Shown piece by piece: positions 17,673-28,664 of a stretch of 61,379 bases of DNA. Origin of the DNA: Candidatus Heimdallarchaeota archaeon (GTDB taxonomy: Archaea; Asgardarchaeota; Heimdallarchaeia; Heimdallarchaeales; Kariarchaeaceae); assembly GCA_015523565.1 (NCBI GenBank), contig WAKA01000126.1:1-61379 (forward strand). The letters are read 5' to 3'. Numbering within the stretch: position 1 is the stretch's first letter; every line of letters starts with the position of its first letter. The position numbers and the translations under genes were made by a program. Under the pieces are notes generated by a model. That model ran no database searches, was not told the DNA's origin, and saw only the letters and a program-made list of their open reading frames with translations.

Positions 17673-20420
17673 ATGGAAACCCAGCAGAATTTGTCTTTTG
17701 AAAATCATAAATTTCATACAATCCAGAAGGAAGAGGCTTTGAAAATCCTAAATTCTGATTATGGGGGATTGACTCACACAGAAGTCAACTTAAGGCGAGA
17801 TAAATATGGGAAAAACGAGATCATTTCAAAAAAGAAAATATCTGTGTTTCAACTTTTTATTAACCAATTTAAAGATATACTTGTTATAATTCTAATCATT
17901 GCCGCCTTCGTAACGGGTATTGTATTGCATGAAATTGGTGAGGCAATACTGATAGTCATAATACTTATTCTGAACGCTATTTTGGGCGTTTACCAAGAAT
18001 GGAAGGCAGATAAGGCTCTTGAAGCCTTAAGCCAAATGCTTACACATAAAACGAGGGTGATTCGAGAAAAGAAGGAGCATGAGATTGACAGTGTTGAACT
18101 AGTCCCTGGGGATATCGTACTTTTACAACAGGGCGATAGGGTTCCCGCGGACATGAGAATATTAGAAGTCAACAACCTGAAAGTTGATGAATCTCAATTA
18201 ACGGGAGAAAGTACAGAAGTCCATAAATCCAGCTTTACTGTGTTGCCTGACCAAACACCACTAGGTGATAGGGTAAACATGGCATTTATGGGAACCTATG
18301 TGACATTTGGGAAAGGCAAGGGTGTTGTTGTTGCGACAGGCATGGAAACAGAAGTAGGTAGGCTTGCATTAGAAGTAGATGCCATTGATGAAGAACCAAC
18401 ACCAACTCAGGTGAAACTAGATGAATTCGGCAAAAAGCTTGGTGCTGCAATAATAGGTCTTATGATATTCATGACCTTATATGGAATTTTCATTACAAAT
18501 CTAGATTTCTTGATAATGATTGAAACTGCTGTAAGCTTGGCTGTCGCAGCAATTCCAGAAGGACTTCCAATTGTAATTACATTAGCCTTGGCCCTTGGTG
18601 TTCAAAAGATGGCAAAAGAGCATGCCATTGTAAAAAAACTGCCCGCTGTTGAAAGCCTTGGCGCTGTAACAGTCATATGCACTGACAAAACTGGTACTTT
18701 AACAGTCAATCGGATGACTGTTCAAAAGGTAATTGCTCTGAAAGACGGAACTGCCGTGGTTGAGGATCCAAAAGAAATTGCTTCTGAAATTCAAGAAAAA
18801 AAACTTTCCTCAAGCGAATTTCACATGTTAAGAGGTGCTGTTCTATGCAACAACGCAAAGTTGGATGACAACAATGAATTCGGAGATCCAACAGAGTTGG
18901 CTTTACTCCGTTTTTCCAAACAATTAGGTTATGAAAGGAAAGACTTGGAAAAACAATATCGAAGAATTGATGAAATCCCATTTGACTCAGAAAGAAAAAG
19001 GATGACTATTGTTGTTGAAAACATCTTTGATACAGATGATAAGATTGCATATATGAAGGGTGCACCTGAGGTTTTATTAAACATGGCTCAAAAGATAGAT
19101 CTTGGAAATGGTCCAGAACCCTTGACTGATGAAATCAAGAACCAAATTCAACAACATATCGATTCTTTGGCTGAGCATGCCTTAAGAGTTTTAGGCTTTG
19201 GATATTTTTCCCTTAGATCGACTTCTTACAATATTTTTGAATTTGAATCAAATATTGTCATTTGTGGTTTCATGGGAATGATTGATCCACCAAAAGAGGG
19301 GGTTAAAGAAGCAGTTTCTCAGTGTAGAACAGCAGGAATCAAAGTGATGATGGTCACTGGTGATCACCATAAAACAGCAGTCGCTATTGGGAAACAAATT
19401 GGCATTGTTGATGATGAAAGCAAGGTATTGACGGGTATTCAATTGGATCAAATGGATGATGAGAAATTAGCTTCCAAAATTTCTGAAATTCAAGGATTTG
19501 CCCGCATTAGTCCTCAACATAAATTGAGAATTGTTCGCTCTTTAAAGTCGGTAGATGAAATAGTTGCAATGACGGGAGACGGCGTAAATGATGCTCCCGC
19601 CTTAAAAGGTGCAGATATTGGGATCGCGATGGGCAGTGGAACGGATGTAACAAAGGAAACTGCTGACATGATTTTGGAAGATGACAACTTCACAACTATT
19701 GTCAAGGCTGTAGAAGAAGGTCGAGGGATCTATGACAATATGACCAAATTCATTCGTTATATGCTTTCCAGCAATCTTGCAGAAATCATTGTGATCTTTC
19801 TTGCAATAATTCTTGATTTACCTCTTCCATTTGTTGCAACCCAAATCCTTTGGATCAATCTTGTTACAGATGGTGTCCCTGCATTGGCTTTGGGAACAGA
19901 CCCTCCCTCTGATGGAATTATGAAAAGACCCCCTAGAGACCCCAAGGAAAGCCTTATTTCTGCAGAACGTATCAACCATATCCTCCTTTTTGGCTCCTTC
20001 ATTTCCTTTGTCACTTTGGGATCATATATCATATTCCTTGAAACAAATTGGTTTGGGACAAAAGGAAATCATGCGGTCGCCAGTTCCATTGCCTTTGCAA
20101 TCATGTCCTTAACTCAATTTGCACATTCATTAAATGTCAGAGAAGATACCGCCTCTATTCTTGGTAAAAATTTGATAAAGAACAAGCCATTGATTTGGAC
20201 TGTTATTATCTCGACGATCCTACAAGTCTTTGTTATTCAAGGTGACGCAATTTTATCTAATTTTGGCATTGAAAGTACCTTTTTCAATGATTTCTTTAAC
20301 ACAGTGCCTCTTAATTCATTTCAATGGACTTGGGTTGTCATTTGTTCATTATTGCTTGTTGTATGGGCTGAATTCCTCAAATTCATTAAACGAAACACAA
20401 TTTTTAAATCAATTTGTTAA
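17673..20420 (+). CDS. P-type IIA cation (Ca2+)-transporting ATPase
   Basis: TGES, PEGLP, DKTGTLT, KGAPE, MVTGD, TGDGVND, QILWINLVTDG. Confidence 0.95.
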   Translation: METQQNLSFENHKFHTIQKEEALKILNSDYGGLTHTEVNLRRDKYGKNEIISKKKISVFQLFINQFKDILVIILIIAAFVTGIVLHEIGEAILIVIILILNAILGVYQEWKADKALEALSQMLTHKTRVIREKKEHEIDSVELVPGDIVLLQQGDRVPADMRILEVNNLKVDESQLTGESTEVHKSSFTVLPDQTPLGDRVNMAFMGTYVTFGKGKGVVVATGMETEVGRLALEVDAIDEEPTPTQVKLDEFGKKLGAAIIGLMIFMTLYGIFITNLDFLIMIETAVSLAVAAIPEGLPIVITLALALGVQKMAKEHAIVKKLPAVESLGAVTVICTDKTGTLTVNRMTVQKVIALKDGTAVVEDPKEIASEIQEKKLSSSEFHMLRGAVLCNNAKLDDNNEFGDPTELALLRFSKQLGYERKDLEKQYRRIDEIPFDSERKRMTIVVENIFDTDDKIAYMKGAPEVLLNMAQKIDLGNGPEPLTDEIKNQIQQHIDSLAEHALRVLGFGYFSLRSTSYNIFEFESNIVICGFMGMIDPPKEGVKEAVSQCRTAGIKVMMVTGDHHKTAVAIGKQIGIVDDESKVLTGIQLDQMDDEKLASKISEIQGFARISPQHKLRIVRSLKSVDEIVAMTGDGVNDAPALKGADIGIAMGSGTDVTKETADMILEDDNFTTIVKAVEEGRGIYDNMTKFIRYMLSSNLAEIIVIFLAIILDLPLPFVATQILWINLVTDGVPALALGTDPPSDGIMKRPPRDPKESLISAERINHILLFGSFISFVTLGSYIIFLETNWFGTKGNHAVASSIAFAIMSLTQFAHSLNVREDTASILGKNLIKNKPLIWTVIISTILQVFVIQGDAILSNFGIESTFFNDFFNTVPLNSFQWTWVVICSLLLVVWAEFLKFIKRNTIFKSIC

Positions 20421-20492
20421 AATGTTAATAATTCTTTTACACAAACATGATTTTTTATAAATGCTTAAGTTATATTAGGTGTTTTTTCACAT

Positions 20493-22325
20493 ATGGATAC
20501 ATCCCACAAAACCCCATTTCTAAGAGCGCCGGGTCTTCAAGATGATGGTTTCCGAGAAGAGCTGAGACTGATAACCATTGCGTCAGTTGTGGGCATTGTT
20601 GGTGGCATCGGTGCTGTAGTTTTCCGTAAGGTTGTAGAAAGTACAAAAGAAATTTTTCACTTAATTTTTAATGGCATTCCTTTTCTTTCAGACGAAATCA
20701 ATACTGTTTTGGTTCCCACTATCGGTGGTTTGATTTGTGGATGGATTGTTTTTACCTATGCCTCAGAAGCCAAAGGGCATGGTGTTCCTGAGATAATTGA
20801 ATCTGTGAACCTACAAGGTGGCAAAATGCGATATCGGGTTCCATTCATTAAAATCATTGCTTCAGCCATAACAATCGGCTCTGGTGGGTCTGCTGGTAGT
20901 GAAGGACCAATTGCACAGATTGGCGGTGGTTTTGGAAGTATGGTCGGTCAATATTTTAACCTTAAGCCAGAAGAAAGAAAGTTGATGGTTATTTCTGGAA
21001 CATCTGCTGGAATTGCGGCAATTTTCAATGCTCCTTTAGGTGGGATCCTTTTCGGAATAGAAATCATTAGGAGAGACAAAAAGCAGTTTTCACCCTTTCC
21101 TTTGATTATGGCGACAGTTATCGGTACTACTGTTAGTCAGCTCATTTTAGGTGACAAGTCTGTCTTTGAATTTCCTGACTTGGATGCAACAATAAACCAA
21201 ATCGTATTCAATATTCCATTTTTCCTATTTTTAGGTGTTCTTATGGGATTATATTCCATTTTTTGGATAAGGGGTTTTTATTTCATCGAAGGCTTGCTTG
21301 AAAAAATCCCTACCTCTCCTATTTTAATTACTGGACTAGGGGGATTTTTAGTGGGATTGATTGAACTTTATTTTCCAGACGTTGATGGAAGCATTGGTTA
21401 TGCCCCCATTAATTCCGCCCTCTCTTTGAAGCTGGGTATTGAAATGTTCATTGTCCTTGCGTTGATGAAATTCTTGGCTACCGCATTTTCAATTGGTTCT
21501 GGTGGTTCTGGTGGTGTTTTCGCCCCTACTCTTATGCAGGGTGTTATGCTTGGAGCAGTATTCGGCATTGCTTTGAAACCAATAATCCCTGGCGGTTTGG
21601 TAATTAACATTTTTGCAGTTTTAGGAATGGCTGGGTTATTTGCCGCTTCAACACGTGCTCCATTGACCAGCATTATTATGACCAGTGAAATGGTGGGCGA
21701 TTTTAATCTTTTCATCCCCCTTTTATTTACAGTAACTGCTTCATGGATTGTCAGTAGCCTATTATTGAGAGAAGACATATATATTTTCAAGTTGATTCGG
21801 AAAGGCATAATCTTTGAGGAATCAACTGATTATCTTGAAGAACTCGAAGTTGGTGATGTCATGTCACATAATTTGGTGTTTGTCACGCCTTCCCAATCCA
21901 TTGAAACAGTTTTGGAACTAATGGAAACTACTGGCCATACTGGTTTCCCTGTTATCCTAAATGGGAAATTGGTTGGAGTAATTACTGAACATGATGTAGA
22001 CAAGGCCATTGCTCATGGAAGAAAAAATGCAACAGTGGCAGACATTTGCACAAAAGAGGTTGTTACAGTCTATCCTGATTGTCCTCTCTCTGTTGCCGCA
22101 CAAATAATGGCGGAGAAAAAAATAAACCGTTTGCCTGTTGTTGAAGGAGAAGATGCTCCAGACAAAATCATTGGTTGGATTACAAGATCTGACATTATTC
22201 GAGCCTATCACAAACGTAAGTCAATGAATCAATTAAACCAAATTGAACGGAAACTTTTCCAAGAACTTCATGTTTTTGATGAAACCAGTGTTCGATTGAA
22301 ACAAGAGAAGAAGATTACAAAATAA
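20493..22325 (+). CDS. ClC chloride channel/transporter with CBS pair
   Basis: GHGVPE, GSEGP, FNAPLGG, GGVFAP. C-terminal CBS domains. Confidence 0.93.
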   Translation: MDTSHKTPFLRAPGLQDDGFREELRLITIASVVGIVGGIGAVVFRKVVESTKEIFHLIFNGIPFLSDEINTVLVPTIGGLICGWIVFTYASEAKGHGVPEIIESVNLQGGKMRYRVPFIKIIASAITIGSGGSAGSEGPIAQIGGGFGSMVGQYFNLKPEERKLMVISGTSAGIAAIFNAPLGGILFGIEIIRRDKKQFSPFPLIMATVIGTTVSQLILGDKSVFEFPDLDATINQIVFNIPFFLFLGVLMGLYSIFWIRGFYFIEGLLEKIPTSPILITGLGGFLVGLIELYFPDVDGSIGYAPINSALSLKLGIEMFIVLALMKFLATAFSIGSGGSGGVFAPTLMQGVMLGAVFGIALKPIIPGGLVINIFAVLGMAGLFAASTRAPLTSIIMTSEMVGDFNLFIPLLFTVTASWIVSSLLLREDIYIFKLIRKGIIFEESTDYLEELEVGDVMSHNLVFVTPSQSIETVLELMETTGHTGFPVILNGKLVGVITEHDVDKAIAHGRKNATVADICTKEVVTVYPDCPLSVAAQIMAEKKINRLPVVEGEDAPDKIIGWITRSDIIRAYHKRKSMNQLNQIERKLFQELHVFDETSVRLKQEKKITK

Positions 22326-22373
22326 CCAAAGATTATAAAGAATAAATATAAAGAATCGTGAAATCAATTCATC

Positions 22374-23684
22374 ATGCAAAATACTATGCCACCAGAAATC
22401 GATGAGTTTCAACACAATGTCTCCCCACGACTAAAATTTTTTGCGTCTTTTCTCATTGGTATATTTGGAAGCCTTCTTTTTGCATGGATTTTTGGTGACT
22501 TATTAGGATCATTGCTCAATGCCATTCAAGAAACCCCACTTTACTATTTAATTCCATTTTCAGTTTCCGCTTCGCTTTTCGCATATCTTGTCTATAAAGC
22601 TAAGGTTCTTGGAATACATGGATTGGAATTTCTTTCAATTTTTGTTTTGGCAATCTCCTTGTCAGAACTCTTCAAAATGATTGCAGGGGAAACACTATTG
22701 ACAACCGCCCCATATCATCGTGGAACAAATGTTTTTGCAACACTGAATGACATGATGATGCCATTGGCTGTATTGGCCTTATATCTTCATGTAGAATTAA
22801 TTGAAAACAATCATCCCAACTTACTGCGCGCCATTGGAATATTTTCTTCTGGTCTTCCATTGATTTTCGGAGGATTACTTCAAATTATTCTGAATTCCAC
22901 AAACATTTTGGAAACAATCTTACATTTCCCAGGATTGGAAAAAGAGGTAGAGGACGTATTGACCTTTTATCTCTATATTTTTGCCCTGTTCATACTTTGG
23001 ATTAGTGTTTTTGGATTAAGGGTCATGTATGGTACTCTAGTTCATGCAGACAGTGCCGCCATCTCACGTGGCTCACAATTCATGATTATCGGATTTTCCT
23101 CACTGATTGGAAATTTTGTCCTATTGGGTGTTAGAGATACAATAAACCTAATGGCAATTCTCTCATTCAATTTAAGTTTCACAGTTCATACTTCTTGGTT
23201 GTTGATGGGTACCATAATTATTATGTATTTAGCCTATCTGCTTTCACCACAATTTGCTTTTTCTGTTCCCTTTGACGTATATCAACTTATAGTAATCAAC
23301 CGTGAAGATGGTGTTACCCTATTCAGCTTCATAAATGAAATCCGCTCATATAACAAGCCAGCAATTCAAGTGGCCTTGAAATCTCCTGCCATCGTAGCCA
23401 TTCAAACATTGTTGAAGGAAATCACTTATGCAGAAGGTGTGGTTCATCTTATAGGCATGTCTGACAGACAAATCCTATTGCAATCACAAGGATCTGTGAC
23501 CTCTGTCCTAATTTCTGAAAAATCCTCTTACATACTGAACAAAGGACTTGAAGGATATACCAGGGAATTTTACAATAGGTATAAGAATGAAATCGAAAAT
23601 TTCACTGGAAATGTTGGTGTGTTTAAGGGTTCTATGGATATTTTGAGGAAATATTTCCCATTTTTCAGGGAAGAAAGTCTTTAG
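22374..23684 (+). CDS. Multi-TM membrane protein with C-terminal longin-like domain
   Basis: About 8-9 hydrophobic segments, then VYQLIVINREDGVTLFSF...AIQTLLKEI...FTGNVGVF...RKYFPF, a pattern I associate with Asgard longin-like domains. Confidence 0.65.
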   Translation: MQNTMPPEIDEFQHNVSPRLKFFASFLIGIFGSLLFAWIFGDLLGSLLNAIQETPLYYLIPFSVSASLFAYLVYKAKVLGIHGLEFLSIFVLAISLSELFKMIAGETLLTTAPYHRGTNVFATLNDMMMPLAVLALYLHVELIENNHPNLLRAIGIFSSGLPLIFGGLLQIILNSTNILETILHFPGLEKEVEDVLTFYLYIFALFILWISVFGLRVMYGTLVHADSAAISRGSQFMIIGFSSLIGNFVLLGVRDTINLMAILSFNLSFTVHTSWLLMGTIIIMYLAYLLSPQFAFSVPFDVYQLIVINREDGVTLFSFINEIRSYNKPAIQVALKSPAIVAIQTLLKEITYAEGVVHLIGMSDRQILLQSQGSVTSVLISEKSSYILNKGLEGYTREFYNRYKNEIENFTGNVGVFKGSMDILRKYFPFFREESL

Positions 23685-23688
23685 GATC

Positions 23689-23997
23689 TTATATTTTAAT
23701 GTAAACATATCCGTCTTGGACTACTATCTCATACAATTCCAATGGATCTTTTGCAGGGGGGTTCAATGCTTCTCCTGTTTCAAGTTCAAATGTTGATGCA
23801 TGGAGTGGACATGTCAGAAATCCGTCTCCATAAATGCCATTGGCCAAATCAAATGTCTTATGGGTACATATCCTGTTTGCAGCGATGATTTTGCCATTGA
23901 TACGAACCAAAAGAACAGGAACTCCCTCTACATCTACCGCTTTGATTTTATCTTCTTTTACCTCTTCCTCTTTGCATAGTTTCACTAACTCAGGCAC
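23689..23997 (-). CDS. Rieske [2Fe-2S] ferredoxin
   Basis: CTH...CPLH motifs. Likely GTG start at 23997, just downstream of sufD. Confidence 0.9.
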   Translation of the reverse strand: MPELVKLCKEEEVKEDKIKAVDVEGVPVLLVRINGKIIAANRICTHKTFDLANGIYGDGFLTCPLHASTFELETGEALNPPAKDPLELYEIVVQDGYVYIKI

Positions 23998-24010
23998 ATT
24001 ACCACCCTTG

Positions 24011-25333
24011 TCAATTTGAATATGCATTCCATTTATCGGCAATTAATTTTCTCGCATAATCTTTCAATTCATCAAATTCTATATATTTGATCAGTGGTTC
24101 AAAGTATCCTTTAATCAAAATTGCCTTTGCCTCTTCTTTTGGTATCCCACGTGATTCCACATAAAACAGCTTTTCTTGATTCAGGGGTTCAACAGATGCA
24201 GAATGTGCCGCCACTACTTCATTTTGGTCAATCATCAATGCAGGGATTGCAACTATTTGTCCTCTGCCCACTGTCAGACCATGTGATGTTAACCATGAAT
24301 CTGCATTTTTCCCTGTTTTTGGAATCTGAATCAACCCTCTTAAAACAGATTCTGCTTTGTCAACCATCACCGTTCTTGAATGGGTTTGACCGATTGTGTC
24401 ACTTTGAACATGCACTAACTCCGATTTTACATCAATCCTTTGGTTTCCAATTCCAAATTGTGAGAATAAATCATAACCTTCTGATCCTCTTCCTTCCAAC
24501 AGCATTTTACTGTTTATTTTTGTCATTTCACTGCCTTGCAATTGTGAATATGTGGTATATTTCGAATAATCTGAAAGCAAGGCAATGCGGGAAAGGACAA
24601 AAACATGATTTGTGGCCAGATTTTGAAATTGAACATGATTTAGTCTAGCATTTGCATTTAGAATTATTGTTTGTGCAATGGCAGACAGATTTTCATTTCC
24701 TGGATTTGTAGACGTGCTGAAATCTTCAACGAATGTCAATTCGCTCTCCTCTTCCATATATATAATCATTTCATGGAAAGAGGCAATCCCTGAATTTTCA
24801 GCTACCATTGATCTTATTACAGGTCGTTCAAGCTTCACACCTTTCGGCACATATAAAACCAATGTATTGATAGAAAATGCCTTGGAAAGGGCCCCTAGCT
24901 TGTCAAACCCCATATGTTCGTCTGCCTTTTGTATGATTTTCTTAACCAATTCCTCATTCTTTTCCGCTAATGCTTGTATGGTACCAAAGAAAATACCATT
25001 TTCCAATTCATATTTTTCCTTTTCAATTTTCCCGTCAACAGTTTTAATATCTATCTTAAAGTCTTCCAATTCATTTTTTTCTGTTTTCATTTCTTGTCTT
25101 CCGTTTATTTCCCAAAAGGGCTTAAGATTGGAAGGGTCAAATTTCTTGAAGTCTGTGTATTTGTAAAACAAGGTGTCCTGATCAATTGGGATTGATTTAA
25201 ATGTTTGAAATGCTTTTATTCTCCTCGCTTGAATCCAATCCATTTCTTTATTTGAAGATGAAATCTTTTCAATGGATTGTTCAGTTGTATAATCTGTTAA
25301 AAATAATGTATCTGGAGATTTCATGTCTTTCAA
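24011..25333 (-). CDS. sufD: Fe-S cluster assembly protein SufD
   Basis: YKYTDF, beta-helix region, AIPALMIDQNEVVAAHSASV, FYVESRGI. Confidence 0.88.
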   Translation of the reverse strand: MKDMKSPDTLFLTDYTTEQSIEKISSSNKEMDWIQARRIKAFQTFKSIPIDQDTLFYKYTDFKKFDPSNLKPFWEINGRQEMKTEKNELEDFKIDIKTVDGKIEKEKYELENGIFFGTIQALAEKNEELVKKIIQKADEHMGFDKLGALSKAFSINTLVLYVPKGVKLERPVIRSMVAENSGIASFHEMIIYMEEESELTFVEDFSTSTNPGNENLSAIAQTIILNANARLNHVQFQNLATNHVFVLSRIALLSDYSKYTTYSQLQGSEMTKINSKMLLEGRGSEGYDLFSQFGIGNQRIDVKSELVHVQSDTIGQTHSRTVMVDKAESVLRGLIQIPKTGKNADSWLTSHGLTVGRGQIVAIPALMIDQNEVVAAHSASVEPLNQEKLFYVESRGIPKEEAKAILIKGYFEPLIKYIEFDELKDYARKLIADKWNAYSN

Positions 25334-25466
25334 TTAAAATTGTCTGAACATTGTTATTAAAAGTAAAGATAGGTTAAGTTGCAAGGTATTCAAGAAATGC
25401 AGTTTGGATAATTCTCACTATAGGTTCATTTATATTGTTCATTATCGATTTTTGTATAGAAAGCCT

Positions 25467-26873
25467 ATGACAACCAATCCAGAACTAGAATTTGATTACA
25501 AGGCCGGTTGGGCAGACCCTGAAAAATTTACTGCTGCCACAGACTATGGACTCGATGAAGATGTTGTCAGGCAGATCTCTAAGTTGAAGAATGAACCTGA
25601 ATGGATGTTGGAATTCCGACTCAATTCCTTGAAACTGTTCTATGAGATGCCTATGCCAAAATGGGGAGACCCATTGCTCCGAACGATAGATTTCCAAAAG
25701 ATCCGCTATTATGCGAGATATTGGGACAAGCCCGAAAAAAATTGGGATGATGTGCCTCCTGAAATCAAGGAAACATATGAAAAACTTGGTATCCCTGAGG
25801 CAGAACGAAAGTTCTTGGGTGGTGTCGGTGCACAGTACGACTCTGAAACTGTCTATCACAAACTTCGGGAAGACCTGGAAGCGAAAGGGATTATTTTTCT
25901 TTCAACAGATGAAGGGTTAAAAGAATATCCTGAATATTTTGACAAATATTTTGGCAAGGTCATCCCTCCAAATGACAACAAGTTTGCTGCCTTGAATTCT
26001 GCAGTTTGGTCTGGTGGGTCTTTTATTGTTGTCCCAAAGGGTGTCAAGGTCGATGTTCCGCTCCAAGCTTATTTCAGAATAAATGCAAAAAATGTTGGAC
26101 AATTTGAAAGAACCTTGATTATTGCAGAGGAAGGGTCTGATGTACATTACATTGAGGGATGCACTGCTCCTACGTATTCCAGCGATTCACTTCATGCAGC
26201 AGTGGTCGAGCTAGTCGCATTGGAAGGTGCTCGAATTCGTTATACAACTATACAGAATTGGAGCAATAACGTCTATAATCTTGTCACCAAACGAGCCTTT
26301 GCTTATAAGAATGCACTAGTGGAATGGGTTGACGGTAATATCGGCTCAAAACTTACGATGAAATATCCTTCCATTTATCTTATGGGTGAAGGAGCAAAAG
26401 GTGAAGTTCTCTCTGTTGCCTATGCTTCGTATGGACAACATCAAGACACTGGTGCGAAGATTCTGCATCTTGCACCGAACACCCAATCCCGAATAACTGC
26501 CAAAAGCATTTCACGGGGTGATGGTAAGACGACTTACCGTGGTCTGATCAAAGTGGCTCCCAATGCTAAAAATGTTGTATCCAATGTCATTTGTGACGCT
26601 TTGCTCTTGGATGATGATTCAAAGAGCGATACCATCCCCTACCAAGAAATTCAAAGAGATGATGCAACGATCACGCACGAGGCAACTGTCGGGAAAATCG
26701 GCAAGGAGACAATGTTCTACCTAATGAGCCGGGGACTTCCTGAAAATGAAGCTCTTGCGCTAATTTGCATGGGCTTTTTTGAACCCTTTGCAAAAGAACT
26801 TCCAATGGAATATGCAGTTGAATTGAATCGGTTAATCGAACTTGACATGGCAGAATACGGTGCAATCGGTTAA
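25467..26873 (+). CDS. sufB: Fe-S cluster assembly protein SufB
   Basis: [40 protein letters not shown]. Start at ATG 25467. Confidence 0.96.
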   Translation: MTTNPELEFDYKAGWADPEKFTAATDYGLDEDVVRQISKLKNEPEWMLEFRLNSLKLFYEMPMPKWGDPLLRTIDFQKIRYYARYWDKPEKNWDDVPPEIKETYEKLGIPEAERKFLGGVGAQYDSETVYHKLREDLEAKGIIFLSTDEGLKEYPEYFDKYFGKVIPPNDNKFAALNSAVWSGGSFIVVPKGVKVDVPLQAYFRINAKNVGQFERTLIIAEEGSDVHYIEGCTAPTYSSDSLHAAVVELVALEGARIRYTTIQNWSNNVYNLVTKRAFAYKNALVEWVDGNIGSKLTMKYPSIYLMGEGAKGEVLSVAYASYGQHQDTGAKILHLAPNTQSRITAKSISRGDGKTTYRGLIKVAPNAKNVVSNVICDALLLDDDSKSDTIPYQEIQRDDATITHEATVGKIGKETMFYLMSRGLPENEALALICMGFFEPFAKELPMEYAVELNRLIELDMAEYGAIG

Positions 26874-27016
26874 AGTCAATTTCTATTATCAAAGAGACAA
26901 GTCAATTAGACTTATCTTGCCTATTATATAAAGCAAAACCATTGAAGATTTTGACGGAATGAGCGCTGATAGTGTACCATTTCACTCTTTATTTAAAAGG
27001 CTCATTCTATATCTAT

Positions 27017-28267
27017 ATGGTGGCATCAATGGATGAAGCGTACATTAATGAAATAAGAAAGGATTTTCCGATTTTAGAGACAAAGGTACGGGAAGGCGTT
27101 CCTCTAATTTATTTAGATAATGCCGCCACGACGCAAAAGCCTCGACAGGTAATCGATGCAATTTCTGAATATTACTTGAAATACAATGCAAACGTTCATC
27201 GAGGGATTCATGCACTTAGTGAAATTGCCTCTGAAAAATATGAAGATGCACATTCAAAGGTGGCAAAATTTCTCAATGCAAAATTCTCGGAAATTGTATT
27301 TACCAAAAACACTACTGAAGGGTTGAATTTAGTTGCCCATGGATTGAGAAACTTGCTCAGCAGGGGAGACGAAATTGTTGTCACAAGAATGGAACACCAT
27401 TCAAACCTTGTTCCCTTTCAAATTGTGGCTAAAGAGACTGGTGCTGTCCTAAAGTTTATTGAAATGGAAGATTTCGAAAAGCTGGATCTCAATTCTGCTG
27501 AAAAAGTCATTACAGATAAAACAAAGCTGGTCTCTATTCCCCATATGAGCAATGTTTTGGGAACAATCAACCCTGTCAAGGAAATTGCTCAAATTGCTAA
27601 GGAACACGACGCTTTGATGCTTGTTGATGGCGCTCAATCTGTTCCACATCTTAAAATCGATTTCAAAAACTTAGGCATTGATTTCCTTTCATTCAGCGGT
27701 CATAAGATGCTTGCACCCATGGGGATTGGCGGTCTTGTTGGAAGGGAAGAAGTTCTGGCTAATTATGAACCTCTTCTCTATGGTGGTGAAATGATCAGGA
27801 ACGTTGACTATGACATTGCAACATGGAATGACCTTCCGTGGAAATTCGAAGCGGGAACTCCAAATGTTTCTGGTGGTATCGGACTTGGTGTCGCAGTTGA
27901 TTATCTTCAAAACATTGGTATGGATAAAGTACACCAAATAGAATACGAATTGACAAAATATACCTTGGATCGATTTGAGGAACTTGATTTTGTCAAGGTG
28001 TATGGACCAGACGCAGAGCATCGCGGAGGGGTTGTCTCCTTTAATGTATATAATGATTCTGGTCAATTAATTCATCCCCATGATGTTTCTACACTGCTGG
28101 ATGAAAATGGTATCGCCATTCGTGCAGGTCATCATTGTGCTCAACCACTTATGAAATCAATGCATATTCCTGCAACCAATAGAATTTCATTCTATATTTA
28201 CAATACCAAAGCAGAGGTTGATCGGACAATCGAAGTGCTTAAGCAAATCAAGGACATTTTCAATTGA
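27017..28267 (+). CDS. sufS: Cysteine desulfurase SufS
   Basis: YLDNAATTQKP, SGHKM, FEAGTP, RAGHHCAQP. Confidence 0.96.
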   Translation: MVASMDEAYINEIRKDFPILETKVREGVPLIYLDNAATTQKPRQVIDAISEYYLKYNANVHRGIHALSEIASEKYEDAHSKVAKFLNAKFSEIVFTKNTTEGLNLVAHGLRNLLSRGDEIVVTRMEHHSNLVPFQIVAKETGAVLKFIEMEDFEKLDLNSAEKVITDKTKLVSIPHMSNVLGTINPVKEIAQIAKEHDALMLVDGAQSVPHLKIDFKNLGIDFLSFSGHKMLAPMGIGGLVGREEVLANYEPLLYGGEMIRNVDYDIATWNDLPWKFEAGTPNVSGGIGLGVAVDYLQNIGMDKVHQIEYELTKYTLDRFEELDFVKVYGPDAEHRGGVVSFNVYNDSGQLIHPHDVSTLLDENGIAIRAGHHCAQPLMKSMHIPATNRISFYIYNTKAEVDRTIEVLKQIKDIFN

Positions 28268-28276
28268 GGTGAAAGA

Positions 28277-28657
28277 ATGAATATCTATCGTGAAAATATT
28301 TTGGAACACTACAAAAATCCCCTGAACCATGAAGAAATGGAAGATGCCTCTGCTGATTTTGAAGATTCAAATCCTGTTTGTGGTGATGAAATCCATTTTT
28401 GGGTTAAAATCAGCGATGATGGAAAAATAGAACGGGCTACCTTCAAGGGTACAGGATGCGCCATCAGTCAGGCTAGCGCCTCAATGCTTACTGAAACTGT
28501 TGAAGGCATGTCAATTGATGAAGTCGAGGAAATGGGATCTGATGAAATTCGTGAGCTTGTAGGTGTTCCACTCAGCCCGGTTCGTTTGAAATGCGCATTA
28601 TTGGGGCTCAAAGTTCTCCAAGGAGCCCTCTTGAAATACAAGGGAGAACATCAATAA
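28277..28657 (+). CDS. sufU: SufU/IscU-like scaffold or sulfur-transfer protein
   Basis: ILEHYKNP, NPVCGD, GCAISQASAS, RLKCALL. Confidence 0.9.
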   Translation: MNIYRENILEHYKNPLNHEEMEDASADFEDSNPVCGDEIHFWVKISDDGKIERATFKGTGCAISQASASMLTETVEGMSIDEVEEMGSDEIRELVGVPLSPVRLKCALLGLKVLQGALLKYKGEHQ

Positions 28658-28664
28658 AATAAAG

